A stretch of DNA of 52,603 nucleotides from a virus (lineage: Duplodnaviria > Caudoviricetes): positions 1-52,603 of IMG/VR virus record IMGVR_UViG_3300048121_000820; one strand, 5' to 3'. Of this stretch, positions 16,253 through 25,853 are shown piece after piece. The notes beneath the pieces are model-generated. The model was not told the origin of the DNA, ran no database searches, and saw nothing but the letters and a program-made list of their open reading frames with translations. Numbering within the stretch: the stretch's first letter is position 1; the number at the start of each line of letters is the position of its first letter. The translations under genes were made by a program, and so were the position numbers.

Positions 16253-16404
16253 TCGTCCTCATTTACTTTTGACCATTTAGCAATAGTATACCCTATGGTT
16301 ACTACTAATAATATTATTTTCAACCAATCTTCTATTTGAGTAAATGTTGTTACGCCTAATGTGCTGCCGTTAATTAAATAAAGTTTTAGCTCTTGAATGT
16401 TCAT
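16249..16404 (-). CDS. Small TM protein, holin-like (51 aa, below cutoff)
   Basis: Read manually: MNIQELKLYLINGSTLGV...WLKIILLVVTIGYTIAKW...*; ATGA coupling on both sides; directly upstream of the endolysin. Confidence 0.6.
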   Translation of the reverse strand: MNIQELKLYLINGSTLGVTTFTQIEDWLKIILLVVTIGYTIAKWSKVNEDE

Positions 16405-16700
16405 TTTCTTCGTTTAACAGGTTTAACTCGGCGTGGTTTACCTTTAGGTTGCCCGAGCCTTTTCTTTTCATTTTCTTTTTTTCTTTTTTCTGCAGAGGTC
16501 ATCTCACCAGAAGTTTTTGGTGTTTCACTTGATATTCTTTTACTTGGTCTACAGTATGGCGTTCCTCGATTTTCACCTTCAGATCTACCGCAAGGTTTAC
16601 CTGTTCTGGTATCAATCCATTTTTCTTTAAACCAGCGTTTTAAATTTGCGCCTTTTTTTGTTTTACGTACCTTAAAAGGTGAATCTAATTTAAAAGCCAT
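16401..16700 (-). CDS. Highly basic conserved phage protein
   Basis: LKRWFKEKW.D...GKPCGR...PYCRPSKRISS.TPKT motif (recalled as DUF5872-like). Confidence 0.65.
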   Translation of the reverse strand: MAFKLDSPFKVRKTKKGANLKRWFKEKWIDTRTGKPCGRSEGENRGTPYCRPSKRISSETPKTSGEMTSAEKRKKENEKKRLGQPKGKPRRVKPVKRRK

Positions 16701-17179
16701 TAGTAATTATATTTCTTTCTTTTTTTCTTTTCTCTTTTTTCTACCCGAGTAAGTTTTTTACCTAGTCTTTTTAATTTTCTTTGAGCTTTTTTCTCTCCTT
16801 TGCTTTCTTCATAATTTTCAGAAGAATAATTAGATCTAATAAATGCCTCTTTTTCAAGATTTTTCATTTTATCTTTTATTACTTCACCTTTTTCATAAAG
16901 CTTATCAGTGAACCCAGGAGGAGGAGTAGTGGTTTGTTTAGATGGAGAACTATTACCCCAATTAGCAGCGCCTTTTTTTCTACAGGCTGCAATAGCACCA
17001 CTTGCATAAGCCGAAGGAAAAACATCATATCTGGCTTTTACTTTACGGTAGCATGCGTCTTTTTTCTTAGCAATACTAATAGGCCCGCCTGTTCCATCTG
17101 CATTTTTTGTAACTTCTTGATTTATTGGGAAATTTTTACTTTTGCGCTTCATAACGCGCGATGTGATTGGTTCGTTCAT
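16700..17179 (-). CDS. Highly basic phage protein
   Basis: KKDACY.KVKARY.VFPSAYASGAI..CRK motif; K/R-rich tail. Confidence 0.65.
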   Translation of the reverse strand: MNEPITSRVMKRKSKNFPINQEVTKNADGTGGPISIAKKKDACYRKVKARYDVFPSAYASGAIAACRKKGAANWGNSSPSKQTTTPPPGFTDKLYEKGEVIKDKMKNLEKEAFIRSNYSSENYEESKGEKKAQRKLKRLGKKLTRVEKREKKKRKKYNY

Positions 17180-20100
17180 TATTTTTTATTTAGTTCGTTT
17201 CTTAGATCTTCTATTACTTGTTCAGTAGTCATTTTTGATCTAACATTAATTAGACTGTCTTGCTTTCTTTTTTTATTTCTTTCTCTTGTTACTTTAGCTT
17301 TTTTTCTACCCTCGGCTCTGTTCTTTTTTGTTTGAGCTTTTTTCTCTTCTGCGGGAACAAAAACATCATCATAAAATCCTAAGCTCCACTTGTCCCACCC
17401 GGCAGCTAATGCTAACCTTTTAGTTGGCTCAATAGTTCCGTCAGTCAATGCTAACTTTAAATTATCTATCTTGCTTAATATTCTATCCGTAGGCACATTA
17501 GTTATAGAAGAAAATATTTTTGCTCTGGCCATTAACATGGGGTTGTCTAAAGCATACTTGCCATATTGTTCTAGTTCTTCTTTACCTTTTTTTGTTGAAT
17601 AATATCTAAATGTTTTAAAAGCAGAGGACTGTTTTTTAACTTTACTTGACAGCGGAGGTGAAATACCTAATTCTTCATTAATTACATCCGCATATTCTGC
17701 TCTATATCCTTTAGGTTTTTCTCTATAGTATTCAGCTAAAGCGTTCTTACCTGTAGTAAGAATCTTACCAGGTAAACCTGCGCCGTTCAAAAATCCATCT
17801 AAAGTTGAATTAAGTAATCTTGCGTTTCGCTTATCTCTATTTTTTTGGTTAAATTCTTTTTCTTCTTGTGATACTTCTTCATCATCGCCCCCAAACATGT
17901 CCAAGAATCTTGCTTGTTGCATTGCGTAGAATATAATACTTTGCACAAGGCCATAATATACCATGCCCGATATATTTGTTTTAGCATCCCCTCTCCTGTT
18001 TATTAAATCTAAAGATCGTTTTTTAAACAAACGAGTCATTTGCATAGGTGTGTTATTAAACGCAAATAGCAATCTACCTAAAACGCCTGTCTGCAAATTT
18101 GAAACCCTGTCTTGTCTTGAAGACTGCTGGTTTTCTTCTGACAAAGATCTAAAGTCCTCAAAGGCTTTTTTCTTTGCGGCTTCAGGCGAAAGACCTGCTT
18201 TTGAATATGTTTTAGTTCTATTTATTAAAAAAGGAGTTCCACCTGCGGCAATAGCAAAACTATCTGCTAATTGTGTTGGTGTAAAACCTATTTTTATTAG
18301 GGCATCGTATAAATATCTAGCTTTACCTTTGCTCCTTTCAACAGCCTTCGCTATTTCAGCTTCTTCTACATTTATTTCTAAACCTGATCTACGTTGCTTT
18401 AAAAAGTCTGAATTAAATATTTCAACAAAAGTCTTAGCAAATTGTTTTGGGTTTTTTAATGTTGATGCTACTGCGATAGGATTGTTATCACTCCAGTTTA
18501 AATAATTTACTGCTGATATTGTTTGTAGTATTGCTGATCTAGAATTTAAAAACATAATAACCCCTACGGACCCGTTTATATAGTCAAGCCCTGCTCTAGC
18601 TTCTTTGCTTAAATTTTCAGGTCTACTTTTACCTGATTTCATTCTAGCAATAATTTGCTGTAGGTTATCAACGTATCCTTTTCCGTAGGCTGCTTCTATT
18701 TTATTTAGGTTGTCTTGGGTAAACATAGCGTCCACATTTTCAACCCATTCTTTTAAAAATTCGGCTCTAGCCCCTTCGTTTGAATGTTTAAAAAGATCAT
18801 ATCTTATATTGCTTGAAAACCAACTTTCACTAGGCTTAGGATAAGATTCTTTTGTTTTAGTAATACCTAATATGCCTTTTGCATAAGCGCTAAGTCTAGG
18901 GTCATTTTTAACTATCTTATTTAAAAGATTAATTTCAGATTTTTTAATACCGGGTATATCGTATTTTAAAGATTTCCATATTGAAACGCGTACTGCTTGA
19001 TCTGCATTAAACCCTGCTTCTTTAAGATTTAATTTTGCTTCTTTGCCCATCTTAGCGTCAATGTTGCCAATCTGTTTTTCTAATGCTTTAAAATCATTAC
19101 CTAAATTTTGTCTGTAGGAGCTTATAGCATTTTCGGCCCTGTTAAAAGGCTCAAGTAATACCTTCTTCATTAAAGCCATGTCTTTATTACCTTGCTCACC
19201 TTTGCCATAAAATTTGTAAAGCATTCCAGCAAAGTCCTCTGCATTAGGAGGTAAAAACAAATCAAATTTGCCTTTCTTTCTGCCTAAATTTGTTGCCTGC
19301 GCTGCAGACACTTTTTTACGAGCTGGTATACCTTTTTTGCGCTCAATCATTTTGTTAAGTTCGCCACTTAGGTTTATTTGCTTAGAAGACATTATAGCTT
19401 GCTGGACATCGGATTTAACGTCAAATAAATCTAAAGCTGTTTTAACCGCTTTAACATTTTTTATAGCATCATCTGCAAAATAGAAATCATTGTAGCCCTC
19501 GGCAACTTTGCCAACCATCCACTCTGATTTCGCTTTAGGCGCACCATCTCCAAGTCCAACTATATTTTCTAATGGTATATCTAACCCTTCGGACTTTAAA
19601 AATTCTCTAATAGCTTTGGCTGAATTAGCAGGACGCGCAGTTAAAACAAAAACATCTTTAGTTGTAAACTTTCCAGCCTTCTTTTGTGCTTCACTAAACA
19701 GAGGACCTAGCTTGCCTTGAACAACTTTACTAAACTCACTAAAATCAAACTTAGCTCCAGCAGCTTCTAAGGCTTCCGATTTTTTTGCAAACTCTGTTGC
19801 ATTTAATTTGCCAGTTTTGCCGTTAGGCATTGTGTATAGCACGTTAGACTTCGTTCTAGCTAATGTATCGTCAAAATCAAAAACAGATATACCTTTTCGT
19901 TTTTTATTAGGGTCTTTTGCATTTTCAAAAGCTTTTCCAAATGTTATAGTTTTGCTAGCGAAAGATTCTGTTGTTGTATTTTCTGTGACATTAAGAAGTT
20001 CAGATTCTAATGCAACTTTATTATTTTCTTTAATTGTACCTTTTTCAGCTTTAATTATTGAGTTTTTAGCTTTTTCCGCATACTCTTTAACCATTTCAGA

Positions 20101-23100
20101 ATAAGCAGTTTCGCCTGTTGTCCAATTATAAAAATCTTTTAAAGCAGATATTTCAGCATTAGATATTTTTCCGTTCACTATTTTTGAGGCTATCATTTTT
20201 AGCCTTGCTGCATTTTCAATAGTTGTACCTAGCATCCCGTCTGCTATTTCTTGCCCTTTTTTGCTACCTATAACACTATTGTATTGAGATGTTATTTCCT
20301 TAATTTTTTCAATATTAAGTTCACCTTTTAATAAAGCATCAATAACCTCAGCTCCAAATTCTGCCTTGGACATTAAATGTTCATTTTTAGATTTATCAAA
20401 CGAATTTAACTCTATATATTTTTCAGAAGAAAATTTTCTAATGCCTGTACCGTCGTTGTTTAGTAACATTTTGCCAACAGACTGGGAAAAACTTTTGAGT
20501 TCAGCCCCCTCAAGCTTTGATCCTATTTCCCCTATTGTTGCTAAAAGAGCATCTAATATTTTTTCTTTAACCTTAATATCAGTTATGGCTTCTTGTTTGC
20601 CCTCAAGGTTACTAATCTTTTCTTTTTGCTGTAGCTCATTTAGGGTCTTGTCCGCGGATATTTCAGAAGCTTCTTCGTAAAATTTTCTAGACTTATTTGT
20701 TATTGTTATACCTTTGCCCTTAAGATTGTTATTTTCTGCTAACTCAATAGCTTCGTTCCAAAGTTTTTTAACATTCTCAGGTAATTGATTTTTACCAAAA
20801 TCTTTACTAAATAGATCAACAAAACTTTCTCTATTTAATTTTTCCCCGGTAGCCTTTACTTCTCTGCTAGTCCAAGACATAATTGCGGCTATAATACCTC
20901 CGTCGGTTCTTGAAGATTTTGCGCTAGTTAAATCTAATGCTTCTTTTGGTAAATAGGATACAATATCTTTAATGTGAGATTTAAATTTTTCTATTGATTC
21001 CGGCGAAGAGCTTCTTATGTTTTTATAAAGTTCCGCACCATCAACGTTTCTTGCTTTTAGTTTTGCTATTAAGTCTTCGTTAACTCTGCCCTCTTGTTTT
21101 ATATACTCTGTGGACGCGCGTGAATCGGCCATAGCTTGTTCTTCTATAAGCCTTAAACCTTCCGGACCGCCTTTTAATTTTTCTATCTCATCAATTGGTC
21201 TAAAATTACCGTTTTTATCAAAAAATACATTTTCAAATCTACCGCCTCCTTTTTTAACAGCCTCTATAACCTTTGAATTCAACTCTGTATTTATTCCTCT
21301 ATCGATGCTCTTTGAAACTAAAGCTACATAGTTTTCTACCAGATCTACCCCTAGATCTTCTTGACGGGATTCTATTTGCTTACGCATAGATTCGTTGGTT
21401 AACTTTAACATTACCTTGTCAAAGCCAATCTCAGTAGAAAGCGCTTCAAATAAAGATCTTCGTTTTCCATCTATACGCATTTTACCATCGCCTATAAAAT
21501 ATTCTTTCCACTCCTCTGGGGTAATATTCTTTTTTGCAAATATAGGATTACCAGCTGCTGTTTTTTCTCTAGCCTGCTTGCCTGTTGCTTTATCAATAAC
21601 TGCTTCTTTAAAAGGTGCAAATCTTTTGTTTATAGCCGATTGGCTTATGTAATTTTTAAACAAAGGAAAACTCCTTTCTATAAAGTTCTCATATTCAGGA
21701 GTTGGAGTATAATTATCTTTTAATTTAAACTGTCTTTCAAATTCAGGTACCAATTTATTTTTTGCAATTTCGGTAATTTCGTTTATTGCTGTTGGAAATT
21801 TCTTATATTTTTCCGCTACACCAAGGTTTTTCTGGACATCTTTAGGCGATCTTGCTCTAATTACCTCAGTTTTTCCGCCTGTAGTAACCCTAGCTTTATT
21901 ACTTTCTAGCATAGCCACCTTAGCATCACCTATAGTACCTCTAGATTTAGCATCAAGGTCAGATAGCTTTGTACCCATTAAGCCAAGATCTCCTATTTTT
22001 TCAGCGGCATCTTTAAACTGTTGATCAACTCCCATTCTAGTCTCAGCTTGTTGATCCGCTAGCCTAGTATTTTTAACTGGAGACGAGATATCTACGAATC
22101 CAGAGGGCGCGCCACCTAGCCCCTCTGACTCGGCTATATTGGCTGCTTTAGCTGGGTCTTTGTCTATGGACACTGTATTGAATATATCTTTATATTGAGG
22201 CAACTTTAATACACCTAGTATTTTATTATTTAGCTGACCAAACACATAGGAGGTTAAGCTAGCTTCGCCACTTTCTTTATAAGACTTAACAAGTCCAGGT
22301 ATATTTTGTGATCCCTTTCCTGTTCCTAAAGATACATCAGAAACGATGTCATTTATAGTTTCTTCAGGTATATTATTTAGACCGTTGCGATCCATATAAG
22401 ATTTAATCTTTGCTTTCACTAACGGCTGAAATTCATATCCAACCATAACGCCCGCTTGCTCTACGCTGCCCCCTGAATTAATAATTTCTTCGTATGCCTT
22501 TGTTGCTTTTGAAAATATATCTTTTTTCTCAGCAGGGTTTATTTCTTTTGAAGATAAATCTTTTTCAACCTCTTTATCTGTTTTTAACTCTTGACCTGTT
22601 TGCTTATTTAAAAGCTTATTGCCATCAATAACAATATTTTTAAAAGCATCAAATTTTTTCTTTATTGCAGAGGAATTACCGCCTTCTGCAACTTTACCAA
22701 GACTAAATAAAAACTCTAAAACTTGATCGCCTGTTGTAAAGTCTTTTTTATTGCCATATTGTAATCCTATATTTTGCCCAGCTGTTATAATATTTCTTTT
22801 TAACGACTGTAAAACACCAGACTGTAATAATATTTCTCTATTACGAGGAGCTTGTAGGAACTCAACCACGTTCATTACATATTCTTCCGTCGGTCTGTTT
22901 TTGCCATAAGCTTCATTTATAGCCTCTTCAAATGTAAATTTTTCACCCGGTTTATTTGGCAAAGTAAATTCTTGGCCAATACTATTAAAACGGCCTTCTA
23001 CATCGGATTTAATTTTTTCTTTAAATTGTTTAGCTATTAAAGGGTCATTTTTAAAAGCCATGTCCATAAAAAAGTGTCCCGCTTCTTGTGCAAATACACC

Positions 23101-25839
23101 GGGTTTATATGAATTTATATCAAATTTAAAAGTATTTGTGGTTGAATTATAGCCAGCCTTGTCTCCGTTTAATAATGGCTTATCTGTTATTTCTAATTTT
23201 AACTTCTTACCGTTAGCAACACCACTTTTAACTAAATTTTCAAATTGTCTATTTATATTTCTTTGCGCTGCTGCAATATTACCTTGAACCTTAGCTATAG
23301 TATTTTCGGCTTCTCTAATATCAGACCTTGTTGCTTCTTTAAATCCTACAAGTTTTCCTTCTGCATTAAAATCTGGAACTTTATTTTCAGCTATTATTTT
23401 TCTAGCCTGATCCATTTGCGCTTTTTGAGATGCAATATCCTGCTTGTTAAATTCTCTTTCTGCTACAGCTATTTGGTTATCTAAAAAAGCTATTTTTCTT
23501 TTATTACCCTCTAGCTCTGCTCCTTTGAACTCACCGTTATCAATTTTTTCTTGTAAGTTATCGATGTATCTTCTTTTAGCGGCTCTAGATTTAAGATCTA
23601 AAAAATTATTTTTAAAAAAACCATAGCTACCAATAATACCAAATACTGCAGAGTTTGTAAGCCATCTTTCAAAAACCTCATCAGTTGAGCCAAACTCTTC
23701 TTCCATAGAAGTTTCAAAAGCTTTTGTGTTAGCTACTTCTTTGTACATTGCTTCTGTTAATAAAGCAACTTCACTAGCTGTGGCTCCACCTACTCCACTT
23801 AATACAACTTTTTCTAATATAGCATTCGCCCTTGTGGAGGCAAACCTAAATGGAATTAAAAATCTAGCTGCTGCACCTCCAATATAAAACCCTGCTCCAC
23901 CGCCTGTTTGTGATTTACCGCCAGTAACAGCCTTAAACTTAGCTTCTTCAAGTAGTGCCCCTAAAACAAAGCCAGTAGCCTTTTTCGTAGATGAGGACGA
24001 TCTTAAAAGATTTTGTATAACAGCATTCATACCCGAAAGACCGGCAACTTTATTGGCAACAGCAAATTGTAATAAAGCAGGCGTAAATTCAGCAACCCCC
24101 TCTGTGACTGCCATAGCGCGACTTCTTTTAAAAGCTTCCAGTTCGTCTTTTTGCTCTTTATTATTAGGATCGTAAACACCTGAATCTATTAAAACGCTTT
24201 CCAGTTCATCAAGTTCTTTTCTTCTTGATGTACCAAAAGAAGCAACCGTTTTGTCTTCGCCTATAAAAGCAGACGATGTAGCTTCCAAAAATCTAGTAAC
24301 ACCACTGCCAAAGTTCATTCCTTCAGCAACACTAACAGGGTCAACATTGAGTAAATAAGCGGTCTCTAAGGCCTCTTCTTTTTTAGTTAATGCTGTTTTA
24401 TCCTTTGTCAAATAAAAGCGATCTCGCTTCATTTTTTGAATTGTATCCGCATCAAACACACCATTCATTCTAGATTGCTCACGACCCCCAGCCGTTATAT
24501 AGTCTTTTAGCGGTATATTATAACTGCCATCTTCGTTCTTTGTGTATTTTTTCCAAAAATCATTAGAATCATTATTCATAAACCAATCTTTAACAGGTTT
24601 GGTCTTGTATATTTTGTTTCTTTGTTTTTGGTAGTTTTGCTTTTTAATGTGGTGTTGAAAATATTCTTGCTCCAGTTTTTCTGTAGGAAGTGAACTGTAA
24701 TATTTTGCTAAACGAGTATCTTCCTCTGATAAGTCCACAACCTCATCAGATGGTAGCTCTGCTGCTGTTTTTGCATCAACGCGCCGACCAGTGGAAAGGT
24801 TCATGTATGATTTGTAATCTGAGTCAATGTTTTTTAATAAATCATTGTAGTTTTCTTGCAAGCTGTTATACTCGGTCAATAAGACTTCTTTTGCTTTCGG
24901 ATTTAAGTCTGGAGCCTTAAGAAGGTTTTGTAATTGAGCTTGTCTCTGCCTGCTTTTTGCGGCTATTTTTTTAACATCGCTCATTTCATTTATATCAGCA
25001 TTTATGCTGTTATTTAAAAATGTGCTATACTCGCCTTGTTCAATTAAAAAATCTTTTTCTTTTAGAGCCTCAAAACGCTCGTCTTCTTTCAAGTCTGCAA
25101 CCTGGTCATTAATCGCATTTTTAACAAATAAATCCATTTGCCTGTTAGAAGGCAGAGGTAGATTAGGATTTGCTTCTTCGTATAAGTCTTTAACGTTTTT
25201 TCTTACTGAGGCTTGAAATTCAGGATTTTCAGATAACTCTGATATATTTCTACCTCTTATAACGTCTTTGAATATAAGCCCTTCAGTTATCCCTGTGTCT
25301 GGGTTATTGTATACATCTTTAAATTCGGGTTTAACAAACCTTTGATTAAATTCCCCAAATTCTGTAAGATCTTGATTTAAAAAGTTTTCTAATGTTTGTT
25401 TAAAAGCTTTATTTGATTGTACCCGAACTTCTGTTCCTTTTTCCTTTGCCTTCTTCTCTGCTTTTATATCAGTTTGCGAAAAAGGTGTTTCAAGCGGAAC
25501 GTTATCTCCGGGTCTTACTTTAGGCTTATTTCTTTCTATATTTTTAATATCTATAGGATCTATAGGCTTTTTCTGGCGCTCTGGTTTAAAGTCAATGCCA
25601 AATTCGCTAAAGAATTTTTTATCCTCGTCAGAAATTTCTGGTAATTCCGAAGAACCATTTTCCAAGCTGGAGACCGTATCGTTTTCCGGCACTACATTTG
25701 TCTCCGCATTTGCAGGGCCTATTGCTTTTTTTTCTTCAATAAATTCAGCGCCTTTGGCATCTTCAGAAGCTAAAAACAGCTCCATATCCTTAGAGCCTAC
25801 CACAACGTATTTACCGTTTTTTAGTTTGTACTTTGGCAT
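17179..25839 (-). CDS. Giant multidomain virion/ejection (polyvalent) protein, 2886 aa
   Basis: Position after the tail genes; degenerate zincin QEAGH, sigma-2-like segment, HAD motifs (DFDDT, LTAR, K, FADD) and hydrophobic helical regions. Confidence 0.8.
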   Translation of the reverse strand: MPKYKLKNGKYVVVGSKDMELFLASEDAKGAEFIEEKKAIGPANAETNVVPENDTVSSLENGSSELPEISDEDKKFFSEFGIDFKPERQKKPIDPIDIKNIERNKPKVRPGDNVPLETPFSQTDIKAEKKAKEKGTEVRVQSNKAFKQTLENFLNQDLTEFGEFNQRFVKPEFKDVYNNPDTGITEGLIFKDVIRGRNISELSENPEFQASVRKNVKDLYEEANPNLPLPSNRQMDLFVKNAINDQVADLKEDERFEALKEKDFLIEQGEYSTFLNNSINADINEMSDVKKIAAKSRQRQAQLQNLLKAPDLNPKAKEVLLTEYNSLQENYNDLLKNIDSDYKSYMNLSTGRRVDAKTAAELPSDEVVDLSEEDTRLAKYYSSLPTEKLEQEYFQHHIKKQNYQKQRNKIYKTKPVKDWFMNNDSNDFWKKYTKNEDGSYNIPLKDYITAGGREQSRMNGVFDADTIQKMKRDRFYLTKDKTALTKKEEALETAYLLNVDPVSVAEGMNFGSGVTRFLEATSSAFIGEDKTVASFGTSRRKELDELESVLIDSGVYDPNNKEQKDELEAFKRSRAMAVTEGVAEFTPALLQFAVANKVAGLSGMNAVIQNLLRSSSSTKKATGFVLGALLEEAKFKAVTGGKSQTGGGAGFYIGGAAARFLIPFRFASTRANAILEKVVLSGVGGATASEVALLTEAMYKEVANTKAFETSMEEEFGSTDEVFERWLTNSAVFGIIGSYGFFKNNFLDLKSRAAKRRYIDNLQEKIDNGEFKGAELEGNKRKIAFLDNQIAVAEREFNKQDIASQKAQMDQARKIIAENKVPDFNAEGKLVGFKEATRSDIREAENTIAKVQGNIAAAQRNINRQFENLVKSGVANGKKLKLEITDKPLLNGDKAGYNSTTNTFKFDINSYKPGVFAQEAGHFFMDMAFKNDPLIAKQFKEKIKSDVEGRFNSIGQEFTLPNKPGEKFTFEEAINEAYGKNRPTEEYVMNVVEFLQAPRNREILLQSGVLQSLKRNIITAGQNIGLQYGNKKDFTTGDQVLEFLFSLGKVAEGGNSSAIKKKFDAFKNIVIDGNKLLNKQTGQELKTDKEVEKDLSSKEINPAEKKDIFSKATKAYEEIINSGGSVEQAGVMVGYEFQPLVKAKIKSYMDRNGLNNIPEETINDIVSDVSLGTGKGSQNIPGLVKSYKESGEASLTSYVFGQLNNKILGVLKLPQYKDIFNTVSIDKDPAKAANIAESEGLGGAPSGFVDISSPVKNTRLADQQAETRMGVDQQFKDAAEKIGDLGLMGTKLSDLDAKSRGTIGDAKVAMLESNKARVTTGGKTEVIRARSPKDVQKNLGVAEKYKKFPTAINEITEIAKNKLVPEFERQFKLKDNYTPTPEYENFIERSFPLFKNYISQSAINKRFAPFKEAVIDKATGKQAREKTAAGNPIFAKKNITPEEWKEYFIGDGKMRIDGKRRSLFEALSTEIGFDKVMLKLTNESMRKQIESRQEDLGVDLVENYVALVSKSIDRGINTELNSKVIEAVKKGGGRFENVFFDKNGNFRPIDEIEKLKGGPEGLRLIEEQAMADSRASTEYIKQEGRVNEDLIAKLKARNVDGAELYKNIRSSSPESIEKFKSHIKDIVSYLPKEALDLTSAKSSRTDGGIIAAIMSWTSREVKATGEKLNRESFVDLFSKDFGKNQLPENVKKLWNEAIELAENNNLKGKGITITNKSRKFYEEASEISADKTLNELQQKEKISNLEGKQEAITDIKVKEKILDALLATIGEIGSKLEGAELKSFSQSVGKMLLNNDGTGIRKFSSEKYIELNSFDKSKNEHLMSKAEFGAEVIDALLKGELNIEKIKEITSQYNSVIGSKKGQEIADGMLGTTIENAARLKMIASKIVNGKISNAEISALKDFYNWTTGETAYSEMVKEYAEKAKNSIIKAEKGTIKENNKVALESELLNVTENTTTESFASKTITFGKAFENAKDPNKKRKGISVFDFDDTLARTKSNVLYTMPNGKTGKLNATEFAKKSEALEAAGAKFDFSEFSKVVQGKLGPLFSEAQKKAGKFTTKDVFVLTARPANSAKAIREFLKSEGLDIPLENIVGLGDGAPKAKSEWMVGKVAEGYNDFYFADDAIKNVKAVKTALDLFDVKSDVQQAIMSSKQINLSGELNKMIERKKGIPARKKVSAAQATNLGRKKGKFDLFLPPNAEDFAGMLYKFYGKGEQGNKDMALMKKVLLEPFNRAENAISSYRQNLGNDFKALEKQIGNIDAKMGKEAKLNLKEAGFNADQAVRVSIWKSLKYDIPGIKKSEINLLNKIVKNDPRLSAYAKGILGITKTKESYPKPSESWFSSNIRYDLFKHSNEGARAEFLKEWVENVDAMFTQDNLNKIEAAYGKGYVDNLQQIIARMKSGKSRPENLSKEARAGLDYINGSVGVIMFLNSRSAILQTISAVNYLNWSDNNPIAVASTLKNPKQFAKTFVEIFNSDFLKQRRSGLEINVEEAEIAKAVERSKGKARYLYDALIKIGFTPTQLADSFAIAAGGTPFLINRTKTYSKAGLSPEAAKKKAFEDFRSLSEENQQSSRQDRVSNLQTGVLGRLLFAFNNTPMQMTRLFKKRSLDLINRRGDAKTNISGMVYYGLVQSIIFYAMQQARFLDMFGGDDEEVSQEEKEFNQKNRDKRNARLLNSTLDGFLNGAGLPGKILTTGKNALAEYYREKPKGYRAEYADVINEELGISPPLSSKVKKQSSAFKTFRYYSTKKGKEELEQYGKYALDNPMLMARAKIFSSITNVPTDRILSKIDNLKLALTDGTIEPTKRLALAAGWDKWSLGFYDDVFVPAEEKKAQTKKNRAEGRKKAKVTRERNKKRKQDSLINVRSKMTTEQVIEDLRNELNKK

Positions 25840-25853
25840 ATTATTTTATTTTA

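Noticed and set aside
17179-25839. Virion RNA polymerase as in crAss-like phages
   Set aside because: No DxDxD/NADFDGD-type motif seen; DFDDT fits HAD motif I, with the other HAD motifs downstream.
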